Below are positions 1-12,747 of a DNA stretch of 63,672 bases, one piece after another. A model generated the notes under the pieces. The model made no database searches, was not told the origin of the DNA, and worked only from the letters and a program-made list of their open reading frames with translations. The first letter of the stretch is position 1, and each line of letters opens with the position of its first letter. This DNA is from Octopus bimaculoides (lineage: Eukaryota), in NCBI RefSeq assembly GCF_001194135.2, contig NC_069009.1:10881412-10945083 (forward strand), written 5' to 3'. A program made the position numbers and the translations under genes.

Positions 1-1058
1 AATTTGATGGCAGGGTGAAGTGCGTTTAGTATATTGTTAAATACATTAAGATCTTCAGTCGATTTTTCCCCAAAAATGAAACAATCATCCAGGAAGCGTT
101 TCCATTTTTTAATGATATGTGTCTTGTATTGTTGGTCAAAAGTTTTTCCCACTTCCTCATAGAGTTTTTCTTCTAAGTATCCCATAACTAAGTTTGCATA
201 TGAGGGCGCAAATCGCGTACCTATAGCCGTGCCCTTTATCTGCCGATATGATTTGTTGTCGAATTTAAAGGTATTTTCCTCTAGCACTAGACATGTGACC
301 TTGGTGATGAAGTCAGTCTTGAAGCGATCACTTATCCCTTCTCTATGTTTTTCAACCCAGTGTTTGATTGCTTCTAGGCCTAAGCTGTGGGGTATATTGG
401 TAACATCAAAACTTGCTAGTATAGTACCTTCTGCAACAGTGGGGGAATGTGTTGGATGAAATCTATGCCATCCTGTACACAGCTAGGTATTAATGGGCAC
501 AAAGGTTGTAAGACTATATCAAGAAAGTGACTTAGCTGTTGTATTGGAGCTTGAGGTCTAGCAACTATTGGCCTTAGTTTGAGGTCAGCAGGTCTTAGTA
601 ATCTTATGTATTCGTTCTTCTGCTTATTTATGGCATTTTGTATTTCGGAGATTTTGCGGATTTTAGGCAATCCGTAAAAATTGCTCTCTTTGATAACAGA
701 GTTGCATATATATTCTTTTTCCTTGTCAGTGAAAGAATCTTGGAATTCATTTATTAGCCTTCTGATTTTAGTTATTATCGTTTTTTCTGAGTGCCTTGTT
801 TCTTCCTTGTAGTAGGTTTTGTTTGTTAACATTTCCAATGTTTTATCTTTGTAATAGTCCTTATCCATGATAACTATTGCCCCTCCCTTGTCGGCTTCTT
901 TTAGGATGATTGTGTTGTCATTTTTTAATGTTCGTAAGGCTTTCTTTTCGTTTTCACAAAGGTTTTGTTTACATCTCTGGGTATTTAGGGGAAATTTTGA
1001 GATTGTGTCTATATACGCATCCAAATATTTGTCCTTTCCCTTGTAGGGAGTGAAGTGG
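1..1058 (-). mobile_element. Penelope-like retroelement reverse transcriptase, decayed fragment
   Basis: ORF 416-1024 has NLCENEKKAL..LK, KEADKGGAIVI, FYGLPKI and LRPIV motifs. After a frameshift the reading continues to the window start as SFDV(TSLY deleted)TNIP, QIKGTAIGTRFAPSYANL and WKRFLDD, typical of PLE RT. Confidence 0.85.
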
Positions 1059-1760
1059 NNNNNNNNNNNNNNNNNNNNNNNNNNNNNNNNNNNNNNNNNN
1101 NNNNNNNNNNNNNNNNNNNNNNNNNNNNNNNNNNNNNNNNNNNNNNNNNNNNNNNNNNNNNNNNNNNNNNNNNNNNNNNNNNNNNNNNNNNNNNNNNNNN
1201 NNNNNNNNNNNNNNNNNNNNNNNNNNNNNNNNNNNNNNNNNNNNNNNNNNNNNNNNNNNNNNNNNNNNNNNNNNNNNNNNNNNNNNNNNNNNNNNNNNNN
1301 NNNNNNNNNNNNNNNNNNNNNNNNNNNNNNNNNNNNNNNNNNNNNNNNNNNNNNNNNNNNNNNNNNNNNNNNNNNNNNNNNNNNNNNNNNNNNNNNNNNN
1401 NNNNNNNNNNNNNNNNNNNNNNNNNNNNNNNNNNNNNNNNNNNNNNNNNNNNNNNNNNNNNNNNNNNNNNNNNNNNNNNNNNNNNNNNNNNNNNNNNNNN
1501 NNNNNNNNNNNNNNNNNNNNNNNNNNNNNNNNNNNNNNNNNNNNNNNNNNNNNNNNNNNNNNNNNNNNNNNNNNNNNNNNNNNNNNNNNNNNNNNNNNNN
1601 NNNNNNNNNNNNNNNNNNNNNNNNNNNNNNNNNNNNNNNNNNNNNNNNNNNNNNNNNNNNNNNNNNNNNNNNNNNNNNNNNNNNNNNNNNNNNNNNNNNN
1701 NNNNNNNNNNNNNNNNNNNNNNNNNNNNNNNNNNNNNNNNNNNNNNNNNNNNNNNNNNNN

Positions 1761-1815
<55 letters not shown>

Positions 1816-3292
1816 ACGCAGTGATTTATGCAGTTATTAATACCATCTCTTTAGGGCCTATAAGTATGAGTGAATTATATTATTTGAATTTTTGTGAAGG
1901 TTATTCATAATACTAGTGTATAATTACTAGGCAGTAAGAAGCACGTGGTTATTAAAAGAAGTAGTCAGCTGTATTTTTAATTCTTCTAACGTATTACTAT
2001 AGTTTTAAAGAGTTCTTAGATTATATAGTATATGATCTTATAAGCAGAATTCTATTTAGATATTCTTGCTTCGCGTTTTTGTTATCATAGTTATTATAGC
2101 TATGTTCAGAGAAAAAAATTATTAAATTCATATAAATTAATGCATATCATCATTCAATTTTTTAAAAAGAAAATGCTGTTTGTGTGAGCAATTAACACTT
2201 TTTTCTTGTCTGCTGTTAACTAACTCAAGGTATATATTTGGGTGCAATTCCTTCAGGCAAAAATTTCATCTTTCGTCCCTTATTTTTTATGGTTTTGCAG
2301 TACTAATAAGTTCCCATTTTAAGGAATGGTTAATATTTTCGTCCTCCAGCGACTGTATGAGGTTGCTAATGCTTGTATAAAAATTTATAGCATTATTTCT
2401 AAACGGACTTTCGTAATTTGATATTCGTAGTTGCATAAAGCATGAGCTAGTACAATATAGTGCTTTTATCTGTTGTGTCTACACATCTGTAAACGCTATT
2501 TCTAACTTTACAGTTATTTCTAAATTTGCATTTCGTTCTCCTAGTGCCATCACATTTTCCATCTATTTAGTTATCTACTGTATTATTATTAGTTCTTATA
2601 ATGCTTATATTTGTTTCATATTTTTGCTGATTGTCTTTATTATTACTATTTTAATAATAGTCGCTACACTTTCTAGCCACCATATATGCCTGTTTCTTAG
2701 TTATATATGTATTTAATTGAGAAGTTTCCCTCTGAACATTATTTAGTCTCTTAGTGGTGATTTCAATAGCATTTGGAATAATGATCTTACTATCCTTTTT
2801 AAAACTGGTTTTATTATAATCATCTTTTATTTAATTTACATTATTATTTACCTCATTAATGCTATTATCCTGTGCTTTCAAAATTTGGTGTTGTGGGCGG
2901 CTATAATTTGAACTAAACTTCTAGAGTTGCAGAATGCGATTTTGATTTTATCGGTTATTAAATGAATTATGACATTTATTAGTTACCAGAAAAAACTACC
3001 TAGTGCTTAGTAGAACATTTTAGGTATTTTTCATGTAACTTGCTCAGCGAAGGAGACTATCATCCAGGCTAAATTTTAGAAATTTCCTTAACTCATAGTT
3101 TGGATTGTAATTAGTGTATATGGTCGAAGTGAACGTTTTAACTGTGTTTCCTATTGTGTTACAAATTTTGTGTTTAATTTTATTATGATAGTATTTTTTA
3201 GTAGTTCTTACAGTCGTTATCATAGTTCTTTACATTATTGGGATCTTGTATTTTGTTATCATTCGTAAGATTATTGGACTTGTGTTTAGACA

Positions 3293-3950
3293 TCAGTCTC
3301 TCGTTATTATATTTATAGTTTTCCACCATACGCACACCATCGAATTATGTGGATGAAGATCTTGTTTCACGCGTTGTGTCGCTTGTTTACCGGGGCTAAG
3401 CCATTCCTTACGCTGCTTCATATTCAAGTATAGGCACCATTTTTCGTCGCCAGTGACGATTCGATAAAGAAATCGTTGCTTGTTTCCATGAGTTGAGCGG
3501 TGACGAACAAGCAAGACAGCGGAGATTGTAGCTCGTTAATTTTTGTTGTCACGTAAACCATGGGGACTCGTGCTCCATACTTCTGAACATTTCACATCGA
3601 GTAAAGACGCTTCTCTAAAGCAGTGTCGCAGTTTTCCATTTTTCTAACAGTTCCCTTGTCCTTTGACGAGAATTTCCGTACAAAAGTTGGTTTCATCGCT
3701 TTCCATCCAACTCAACTGGACGGCCAGAACGAGGTGCTTATTTGAGGTCAAAATTTCCATTTTTGAACATTTGCATACCAGTCATGAGCGGTTCTTTCAG
3801 CTATGGCGCCCTCTCCATACACAGTGTAAATTTTGCGAGCATCTTTTGTGGTGTTAGTACCTTGATTGAAAGCAAAATGAAGGAGGTGTCGAAAATGCTC
3901 GTTTTTCTTATATTGACATTCAATTTTAATGATATGAAATTAAACAAAAA
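3293..3950 (-). mobile_element. mariner transposase fragment
   Basis: RFLYRIVTGDEKWCLYLNMKQRKEWLSP (first catalytic D motif); decayed N-terminal HTH upstream; ends approximate. Confidence 0.8.
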
Positions 3951-4364
3951 TTAACTAAACTTAACTAGAAAAAAACAAAATAGATTCCAAAATTCANNNN
4001 NNNNNNNNNNNNNNNNNNNNNNNNNNNNNNNNNNNNNNNNNNNNNNNNNNNNNNNNNNNNNNNNNNNNNNNNNNNNNNNNNNNNNNNNNNNNNNNNNNNN
4101 NNNNNNNNNNNNNNNNNNNNNNNNNNNNNNNNNNNNNNNNNNNNNNNNNNNNNNNNNNNNNNNNNNNNNNNNNNNNNNNNNNNNNNNNNNNNNNNNNNNN
4201 NNNNNNNNNNNNNNNNNNNNNNNNNNNNNNNNNNNNNNNNNNNNNNNNNNNNNNNNNNNNNNNNNNNNNNNNNNNNNNNNNNNNNNNNNNNNNNNNNNNN
4301 NNNNNNNNNNNNNNNNNNNNNNNNNNNNNNNNTATATATATATATATATATTTGGCTCGGTTTT

Positions 4365-4530
4365 GCACCTAAAATGACATCTTCGGTACTCGCGTGGAGT
4401 TGAAGCCAGAACGCGTCTGTTGCGTCTCTTTGTATGCATATTTTGGGTTAAATTCTTCCCGTCTGTGTAAAGGATCACTCGAGTGTTTTGTTTACTTTAT
4501 TCAAGACAATCTTCGCCCTTTCCAGCCTTC
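4365..4530 (-). mobile_element. Short fragment of the same Tc1-like family as 6206-7519
   Basis: Aligns by eye with about 6770-6925 (gcacctaaaa...gaagccagaacgcgtctg...gtgttttgtttacttt.ttcaaga). Confidence 0.6.
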
Positions 4531-5685
4531 TATACTAGAGCAAGCACATAAATGCGAAAGAAGGTGGGAAAAATGGTACCCAAATACTAGAGGTAATATG
4601 CTTCATTCAAAAGCAGCAAAAATATTGCAAAAAATGTCATTAAACTTAATGTACCGAATCTACATAAGGCAGCCACGTAATTCGCAATTTTTCACTTCTG
4701 CAACTCCTAATTTCAATAATCTTTATCAAGTTTAAGTAATGATTATGCTAATATTTTTTTTAGAAAACATTAAACATAAAATATTGTATAAAGTTAAAAA
4801 ATAAAAATAAGACCGTTATCTATGTGAATTTCTATTGGTTTACACAATCAATGTATATTACTTCGTATGCATTTGTAGTATAAAATCTTATCCAATCGGC
4901 TTGGTGTGTTTATGTATGCGTGTGTAGTTTAATTTTAAAAGGATAGCCGTTAAAAGCTATATATTTTTTATAGTATATTCAAGCGTATCAATATGTGTAA
5001 TTCAGTGTCTATATCATGTACGGGTTTTCTCTCCAGGAGGACGATGTTTACCATCTCACACTTTCCCTTGTCTTTATATATTTAGAACTACATGATTGGT
5101 ATTTGAATTTTTATACAATTGATTTTTTCTTCTTCTTCTTNNNNNNNNNNTCCTCTTCTTCTTCTTCTTCTTCTTCTTCTTCTTCTTCTTCTTCTTCTTC
5201 TTCTTCTATTACTACTTCATGACTTTCCCCTTCTATTTCTTCTGTTTCTGATTCTCTTTCTCCTCCCTCTTTTCTTCTTTTGCTTCTTTCTTTTTGTCCC
5301 TTTTACTTGTCCCTTTTTGTTTTCGTCGTGTTTTTCTCCTCTTCCTTTTGTAATTCATTTATTTGTTGTTTTTCTTCTCATACTCTTTACTCTGTCTCTT
5401 TTTTCTCCGCCATCTCCTCGTCTTCCTCCCACTCTAACTTGTTTCTTTTTATTCTTGTTAATACATCTCGTCCCCACTACTCTTCCCACTCCTCCTTTTT
5501 CCTCTTCTTTTGCTGTTTGTCTGCTACCTCGTCCCCTTCCTCCCCTTCTTCTTCCTTGTCATCCCCCTTCTCATCAACATCTCCACTTACATTCCTTCCA
5601 TTATATCTATTTTTTTGTCATTAATACTATTTTATCATCAATCTTTTCTATATGTTTTTTTTATGAACTCAATAATATTTTATAG

Positions 5686-5757
5686 ATATCTGCATGACAA
5701 TAACATCACATATATTCAACGTGGTATCTTCGAAAATCTGATGAATTTAGAAAAAAT
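5686..5757 (+). CDS. LRR exon (72 bp, phase 2-2): [23 protein letters not shown](I)
   Basis: ttttatag acceptor, gtgagt donor, exactly 24 codons matching the xLxxNxIxxIxxxxFxxLxxLxxL consensus. Confidence 0.9.
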
Positions 5758-8700
5758 GTGAGTTGGGTCGCTTTTGTTCGTACTATTTAATTCACCATGT
5801 ATCTCGATTGTTAATATCTTCTCTAATTTGCTTTTCTCTATCCCTCTTTATCTCTATCTAATATTCTTGCTCTCTCTCACTCTCCCACTCTCTCTTTCTC
5901 TCTCCATAGTTTTCTATGAGTGTGTGTGAATGTGTGTTTGTGAAAGTGAAGGAGTGTGGGTATATGAATTTCCTCACTTTCTCCTCATGCTTATGTAACT
6001 ATGTTCATGTTATTGTGTTAATCGTAAGATCTCTTCTTCTTTACTTCATATTATTTGTTTTCTAAACTTTCGTCAACCAAATATTCAACTACTCATTATT
6101 CAACTACGTTTCATCTTATTTTCCTTTCTGTTTTCCTCTTTGTTCTATTTTTCTAATTTTATCTGTTAATTTTCATAAGTTTTTTTGTGTATGGATCTAC
6201 ATATACCAGGTGTATCAGTAAAAATGTGCAAGATTCAAATTAATTCAGAACTGTGTATCTCAGGAATACTTATAGATAACTTAATGGAATAATCAGAGAT
6301 TTTTCTATCACAAATAGACCCAAATTTGTGCAAGACAAAATGTTGAGAACTCTCCAAGCTCGCAATCAAGACCATGATGAAGATGATCATGACAGCTTAC
6401 CAGGCCCTACCAAAGGAATCTTTGAGGGCTTGCAGGTAAACGTGGAGCTTCTCACAAGATTTTCCGACGTCTAAAGGGATCAAAGTAGGTAATGAATAAG
6501 GTTAAGATTCATAATTCCGAAACCTATTCACAAACTCATCCCTCAGAAACTTTTGACACACTTCACTTGTGTGACATGGATCTCCATCTTGCTGGCATGT
6601 AAACTCAAAGTCTTTAGTGGTCTTGTTGGGCTTTCCCTCATCCTTTATTCAGAAAGTATCGAGGTCATTTCATCTTCCGAAACCTGAACAGAACAAAATC
6701 CTCCCAGCCTCACAGCATTCACACACATGATCACTGGCCATGTAGATGGAAATCATCCCCATGGCTCAGATTTGCACCTAAAAATATCATCAAGGGTACT
6801 CGCGAGGAGCAGAAGCCAGAACGCGTCTGTTTGTGTGCATATCTTGGTTGAATTTCTTCCTGTCTGCTTAAAAGATCACACGAGTGTTTTGTTTACTTTG
6901 TTCAAGATGATCTTCGCCCTTTCCCGCCTTTTAACCTTTTGGACTGGATTAACAAGTCTGTTGTTATCAGTTTTTGAACAACTGTCATAGCTGAAACTGC
7001 TCTCTTACATGCCAAGCTTCTAAAGCATTGATCTGGATCTCTTCTGATTGATCTTTCTTATTGATCTCTTCTGATTGATCTTTCTGATTGATCTCTTCTG
7101 GTTGATCTCTTCAGTTCCAAATTCAAATGATGATCCTTCTTGCGGTTATGACATCCGGATTTCCTCTCCACTATTACCCATTTCTCAAACTTGTTCACAA
7201 TTCTGTTGATAGTTCTTGAATGGGCTTTGAAGATAGAAGTTAGAGAATGAATGTTGGTACGATTACTGAAGGCCCGAATGATCTTAGTCCCCTCATAATT
7301 GTTCAGTTGGGAAGACATGGTGGGGCTGGCACAAAACGATTTCAGCCTGTTACCTTTCTAGCACAATATCTCAACGGGTATTTCACTGATTCTTACAGAA
7401 ACAGGTGTCAGTGTGGCGAGTCGTCTTACCTGAAAAACATGGAAAATCGCAAATTGATAAGTTTATTGGTCTTAAAATTTTGATAATTTAAAAGCGTGAC
7501 AATTTTGCTATAAACCTGGTATGTGGCTCTGTCTAAGTATATGAGTGAGTGCAATTGAGTGTATCAACTTTCAATCTATTCACCAACATCATCATCAGAA
7601 ACACCAACAGCACCAAAATAAACAATTAAAATCATCATCCTTATCATCATGATTATCCTCATCAAAATCATTATCAAAAACATCACAATCCTAATCATCA
7701 GCAACAGCAATATTATCTTCATCACCACCACCACCACCCACCTGTCTTAAGGTTTAAAATCATATTCTGTACAACGACGACGTCTAGCGCCACAACCGCC
7801 TCCACCACCATCACCATGGTAACCCACCTACTCCTCTCCTTTCCCCCTTCTTCTCTCACCTCCTCATCATTATTTTCATCGGCATGTACTTTCCTCGTAT
7901 TTCATCAACAATAATTTTAGTGATAATATTCAGTATTTTATCACAAATATTTTCAATGTATTTTCTTATCAACCGTCATGTTAAAGAGATTTGTATGTTT
8001 ATAAGGATCTCAAATTTTGCCACAGGGGCAGCTTGAGGGATGAGAGTAAGTCAATTACATCGACTCCAGTGTATAACTGGTACTTATTTCATCGACCCAA
8101 AGACGATGAACGACAAAGTCAACCTCGGCAGAATTTGAATTCAGAACGTAGCGGCAGACGAAATAGATAAGCATTTCGCCCGGCGTGCTAACGGTTTTGC
8201 TAACTCTCTGCCTTTGATTTGTATGTTACTAACATCGAGGAACTTGGAAGAAGGAACTTTTGAAAACCAGCCCAGTTTAATATATCTGGAGGGTCGATAT
8301 GTATTGTTCATGATATTTCATTGATAATACAATGGCGAACTGTCAGAATCGTTTGTACCCCGGGCGAAATACTCAGGTTCGTTTTGTCAGTCTCCACGTT
8401 CTGAGTACTTTTCAGCTGAGGTCGACTTTGCCATTTATCCTTCCAGTGACGATGAAATGAACATTAGTTGAGTCCTGGGGTCGATGTAGTTGATTTATTT
8501 CGAAACGGCTAATTTTTTTCCAAAATCGGTAATCACTATTTCTTAGTCAATGTATTACTGAATATTTAAAATCTTCCCATTCGTATTCGAGCCAGATTCT
8601 TCTCTCTCTCTCTACATTCTCTCTCTTTTTCGATAGAAGTGTGTAAATGTGTGTGTTTGTGACTGCTTCTCAATATGAATGTCTGTGTGTATGTACAGCG

Positions 8701-11700
8701 CATTGTGTATGCATGTGAATATAGATATATGTATCTTTTTGTGAATATATGTGAATATACGCATGAACATCAACGTATGTTTGTATTTCTTTCTGTAAAT
8801 TATTTACTGTGTTTACCTCTACATCAACGCTGATTACCATCCATGTCTCTCCCTTCTAATTGCATGTTTAAATATTTATTTTTTACACCTTCTAAGTTTA
8901 ATCAACTTCTTTTTTTTCTTATTATCTACGTCTTCTCCTGCTTATCCTCTTCCTCTTCTTCTTCTTCTTCTTCTTCTTCTTCTTCTTCTTCTTCTTCTTC
9001 TTCTTCTTCNNNNNNNNNNNNNNNNNNNNNNNNNNNNNNNNNNNNNNNNNNNNNNNNNNNNNNNNNNNNNNNNNNNNNNNNNNNNNNNNNNNNNNNNNNN
9101 NNNNNNNNNNNNNNNNNNNNNNNNNNNNNNNNNNNNNNNNNNNNNNNNNNNNNNNNNNNNNNNNNNNNNNNNNNNNNNNNNNNNNNNNNNNNNNNNNNNN
9201 NNNNNNNNNNNNNNNNNNNNNNNNNNNNNNNNNNNNNNNNNNNNNNNNNNNNNNNNNNNNNNNNNNNNNNNNNNNNNNNNNNNNNNNNNNNNNNNNNNNN
9301 NNNNNNNNNNNNNNNNNNNNNNNNNNNNNNNNNNNNNNNNNNNNNNNNNNNNNNNNNNNNNNNNNNNNNNNNNNNNNNNNNNNNNNNNNNNNNNNNNNNN
9401 NNNNNNNNNNNNNNNNNNNNNNNNNNNNNNNNNNNNNNNNNNNNNNNNNNNNNNNNNNNNNNNNNNNNNNNNNNNNNNNNNNNNNNNNNNNNNNNNNNNN
9501 NNNNNNNNNNNNNNNNNNNNNNNNNNNNNNNNNNNNNNNNNNNNNNNNNNNNNNNNNNNNNNNNNNNNNNNNNNNNNNNNNNNNNNNNNNNNNNNNNNNN
9601 NNNNNNNNNNNNNNNNNNNNNNNNNNNNNNNNNNNNNNNNNNNNNNNNNNNNNNNNNNNNNNNNNNNNNNNNNNNNNNNNNNNNNNNNNNNNNNNNNNNN
9701 NNNNNNNNNNNNNNNNNNNNNNNNNNNNNNNNNNNNNNNNNNNNNNNNNNNNNNNNNNNNNNNNNNNNNNNNNNNNNNNACCATAATCAACCTCATCAAT
9801 ATTATCTTCATCTCCACTACCATCATCCCTCTCTCCTTAGACTCTTATTTAGCCATACCAAGAAATTACCCTCCATCCTCTCCTTCCTACTCTAACTACT
9901 ATAGGAATTGTCTAACCACATTATTTTACATCAAACACTTCTATACATTTCCTAATCATTTCACATTTTATTTTATAGACATTTCGGTGATAATCATATT
10001 TTAAAATAATACTCCTCTCCGCGTTATTTTATTAATTTTATGTTCCAGATATTTGAATGAAAATAAGATCGAGAACATTCTAGCACGAACCTTCGCTGAC
10101 CTGCCCAGTTTAAAATATCTGTAAGTGAGATAAGGCTTGTTGATAATATCTCATTAACAATATATTACTAAATATTTAAAATCTTCCCATTTTGTTTCGC
10201 GTCCCGTCCTTCTTTCTCTTTTCATTCTCGTTCTATTTCGATAGAAGACTGTGCTTATTTGTGAATGTCTGCAAATATATTTCTCTGTGAGTGTGTGTGA
10301 ATACAAATGTGTATTGGCATGTATAACATCGTATGTNNNNNNNNNNCACCACCACCACCACCACCACCACCACCACTACTACTACCGTTCTTCCTCACCT
10401 ATTATATCTTTTACTCGTTGTTGTTCTTCTTTATCTGTTTTCCTTCTCTTGTTTCTTATCTTTCTTCTCCTTCTGCCCCACCCACCTTCCCCTTCGACCT
10501 CTCTTTCATTCTCATCCCCTTCCTCCAAAATCTTCTTCCAAATTTTAATCTTCTTTTCATTTCATCATCTTAAATTGCATTCACATCACATTTTCCAGGC
10601 TTTCTTTTCTTTTCTTTTCTATCGACAGTCTCATCGTATTCACCAACCTTACTATTACCATAATCTTCTGCACCGTCTTCAACGCCTGTAATTTTATCGT
10701 CATCAACTTATTCAGTATTATCCTCAATAGAAACAGCTTCAGCTTCAAAATTGTCATCGGAAACATCATCATCTTCACCATAATTGTCGTCATCATCATC
10801 GTTATCAAAAACACCATAATCAACCTCATCAATATTATCTTCATCTCCACTACCATCATCCCTCTCTCCTTAGACTCTTATTTAGCCATACCAAGAAATT
10901 ACCCTCCATCCTCTCCTTCCTACTCTAACTACTATAGGAATTGTCTAACCACATTATTTTACATCAAACACTTCTATACATNNNNNNNNNNNNNNNNNNN
11001 NNNNNNNNNNNNNNNNNNNNNNNNNNNNNNNNNNNNNNNNNNNNNNNNNNNNNNNNNNNNNNNNNNNNNNNNNNNNNNNNNNNNNNNNNNNNNNNNNNNN
11101 NNNNNNNNNNNNNNNNNNNNNNNNNNNNNNNNNNNNNNNNNNNNNNNNNNNNNNNNNNNNNNNNNNNNNNNNNNNNNNNNNNNNNNNNNNNNNNNNNNNN
11201 NNNNNNNNNNNNNNNNNNNNNNNNNNNNNNNNNNNNNNNNNNNNNNNNNNNNNNNNNNNNNNNNNNNNNNNNNNNNNNNNNNNNNNNNNNNNNNNNNNNN
11301 NNNNNNNNNNNNNNNNNNNNNNNNNNNNNNNNNNNNNNNNNNNNNNNNNNNNNNNNNNNNNNNNNNNNNNNNNNNNNNNNNNNNNNNNNNNNNNNNNNNN
11401 NNNNNNNNNNNNNNNNNNNNNNNNNNNNNNNNNNNNNNNNNNNNNNNNNNNNNNNNNNNNNNNNNNNNNNNNNNNNNNNNNNNNNNNNNNNNNNNNNNNN
11501 NNNNNNNNNNNNNNNNNNNNNNNNNNNNNNNNNNNNNNNNNNNNNNNNNNNNNNNNNNNNNNNNNNNNNNNNNNNNNNNNNNNNNNNNNNNNNNNNNNNN
11601 NNNNNNNNNNNNNNNNNNNNNNNNNNNNNNNNNNNNNNNNNNNNNNNNNNNNNNNNNNNNNNNNNNNNNNNNNNNNNNNNNNNNNNNNNNNNNNNNNNNN

Positions 11701-12505
11701 NNNNNNNNNNNNNNNNNNNNNNNNNNNNNNNNNNNNNNNNNNNNNNNNNNNNNNNNNNNNNNNNNNNNNNNNNNNNNNNNNNNNNNNNNNNNNNNNNNNN
11801 NNNNNNNNNNNNNNNNNNNNNNNNNNNNNNNNNNNNNNNNNNNNNNNNNNNNNNNNNNNNNNNNNNNNNNNNNNNNNNNNNNNNNNNNNNNNNNNNNNNN
11901 NNNNNNNNNNNNNNNNNNNNNNNNNNNNNNNNNNNNNNNNNATATATATATCAGTGTTTTTGTGCATAAGTCAATGTATGATGAGAGTGTAATTGACTTA
12001 TGTTTGTATTTCTATCTGTATATCTTTTACTGTGTTTATCTCTAGACCAACGCTCATTAACATCCATGACTCTCCCTTGTAATTGCATATTTAAGAGTAT
12101 ATTGTTACTATTAAATGTTTCTACACCTTACAACTTTTGTTAATGTCCTTCTTCTCCTCCTCCTTCTCTTCCTTCTCCCCTCCTCCTCCTTCTCCTTCTT
12201 CTTCTTTTTTCCTCTTCCCCTCCTCCTCCTCCTCCTGCTTCTTCTACTTATCGCCCTCTTCTTTCTTCTGATTCATTTTCTTTTTCTACTTCATCCACTT
12301 TTCTTATAAGATTTACGAATACATTTCTATATTACCTCTTTTCTCTCCCTAAATCTCTCTTTCTAAATCACATTTATTGTCTCACCATATGTGTATTTGT
12401 GAGTCTGAGTGTGTATCAATGATAATGCACGTGAATATGAGTATGTTTGATCATGTATCAGTCTGTCGTAATCTGTGCATATGATTGTGCTAACTCTTCA
12501 TCTCC

Positions 12506-12538
<33 letters not shown>

Positions 12539-12688
12539 CATTTAGAGAAAAGAACCGCAGTTCCTGAACTCATCTATGAAAATCCACAGTCGCATATAGA
12601 AAAATTTAATAAGTAAATACACTAAAAAGAACTATAATAAAATACTAAGTACTAATTATTAAAATAATATCACTAATATTATTATCAT

Positions 12689-12747
<59 letters not shown>

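Noticed and set aside
5037-5098. Exon-like segment (ttttctctccag ... TG|gtattt) upstream of the first LRR exon
   Set aside because: The only open frame (EDDVYHLTLSLVFIYLELHD) would create TGA when joined to 5686, and it has no recognisable domain. It could be UTR or use another partner, but this is unsupported.
10581-10859. Met/Ile-rich minus-strand [13 protein letters not shown]...
   Set aside because: Translation of a degenerate (ATC)n intronic repeat that is also present at about 7600-7740.
9780-10981. 169-bp perfect direct repeat (9780-9948 = 10813-10981) suggesting a very recent extra LRR unit
   Set aside because: Both copies abut N gaps. Swapping contigs 9780-10336 and 10347-10981 gives one continuous unit and explains both gaps, so it is most likely a contig overlap or mis-order.
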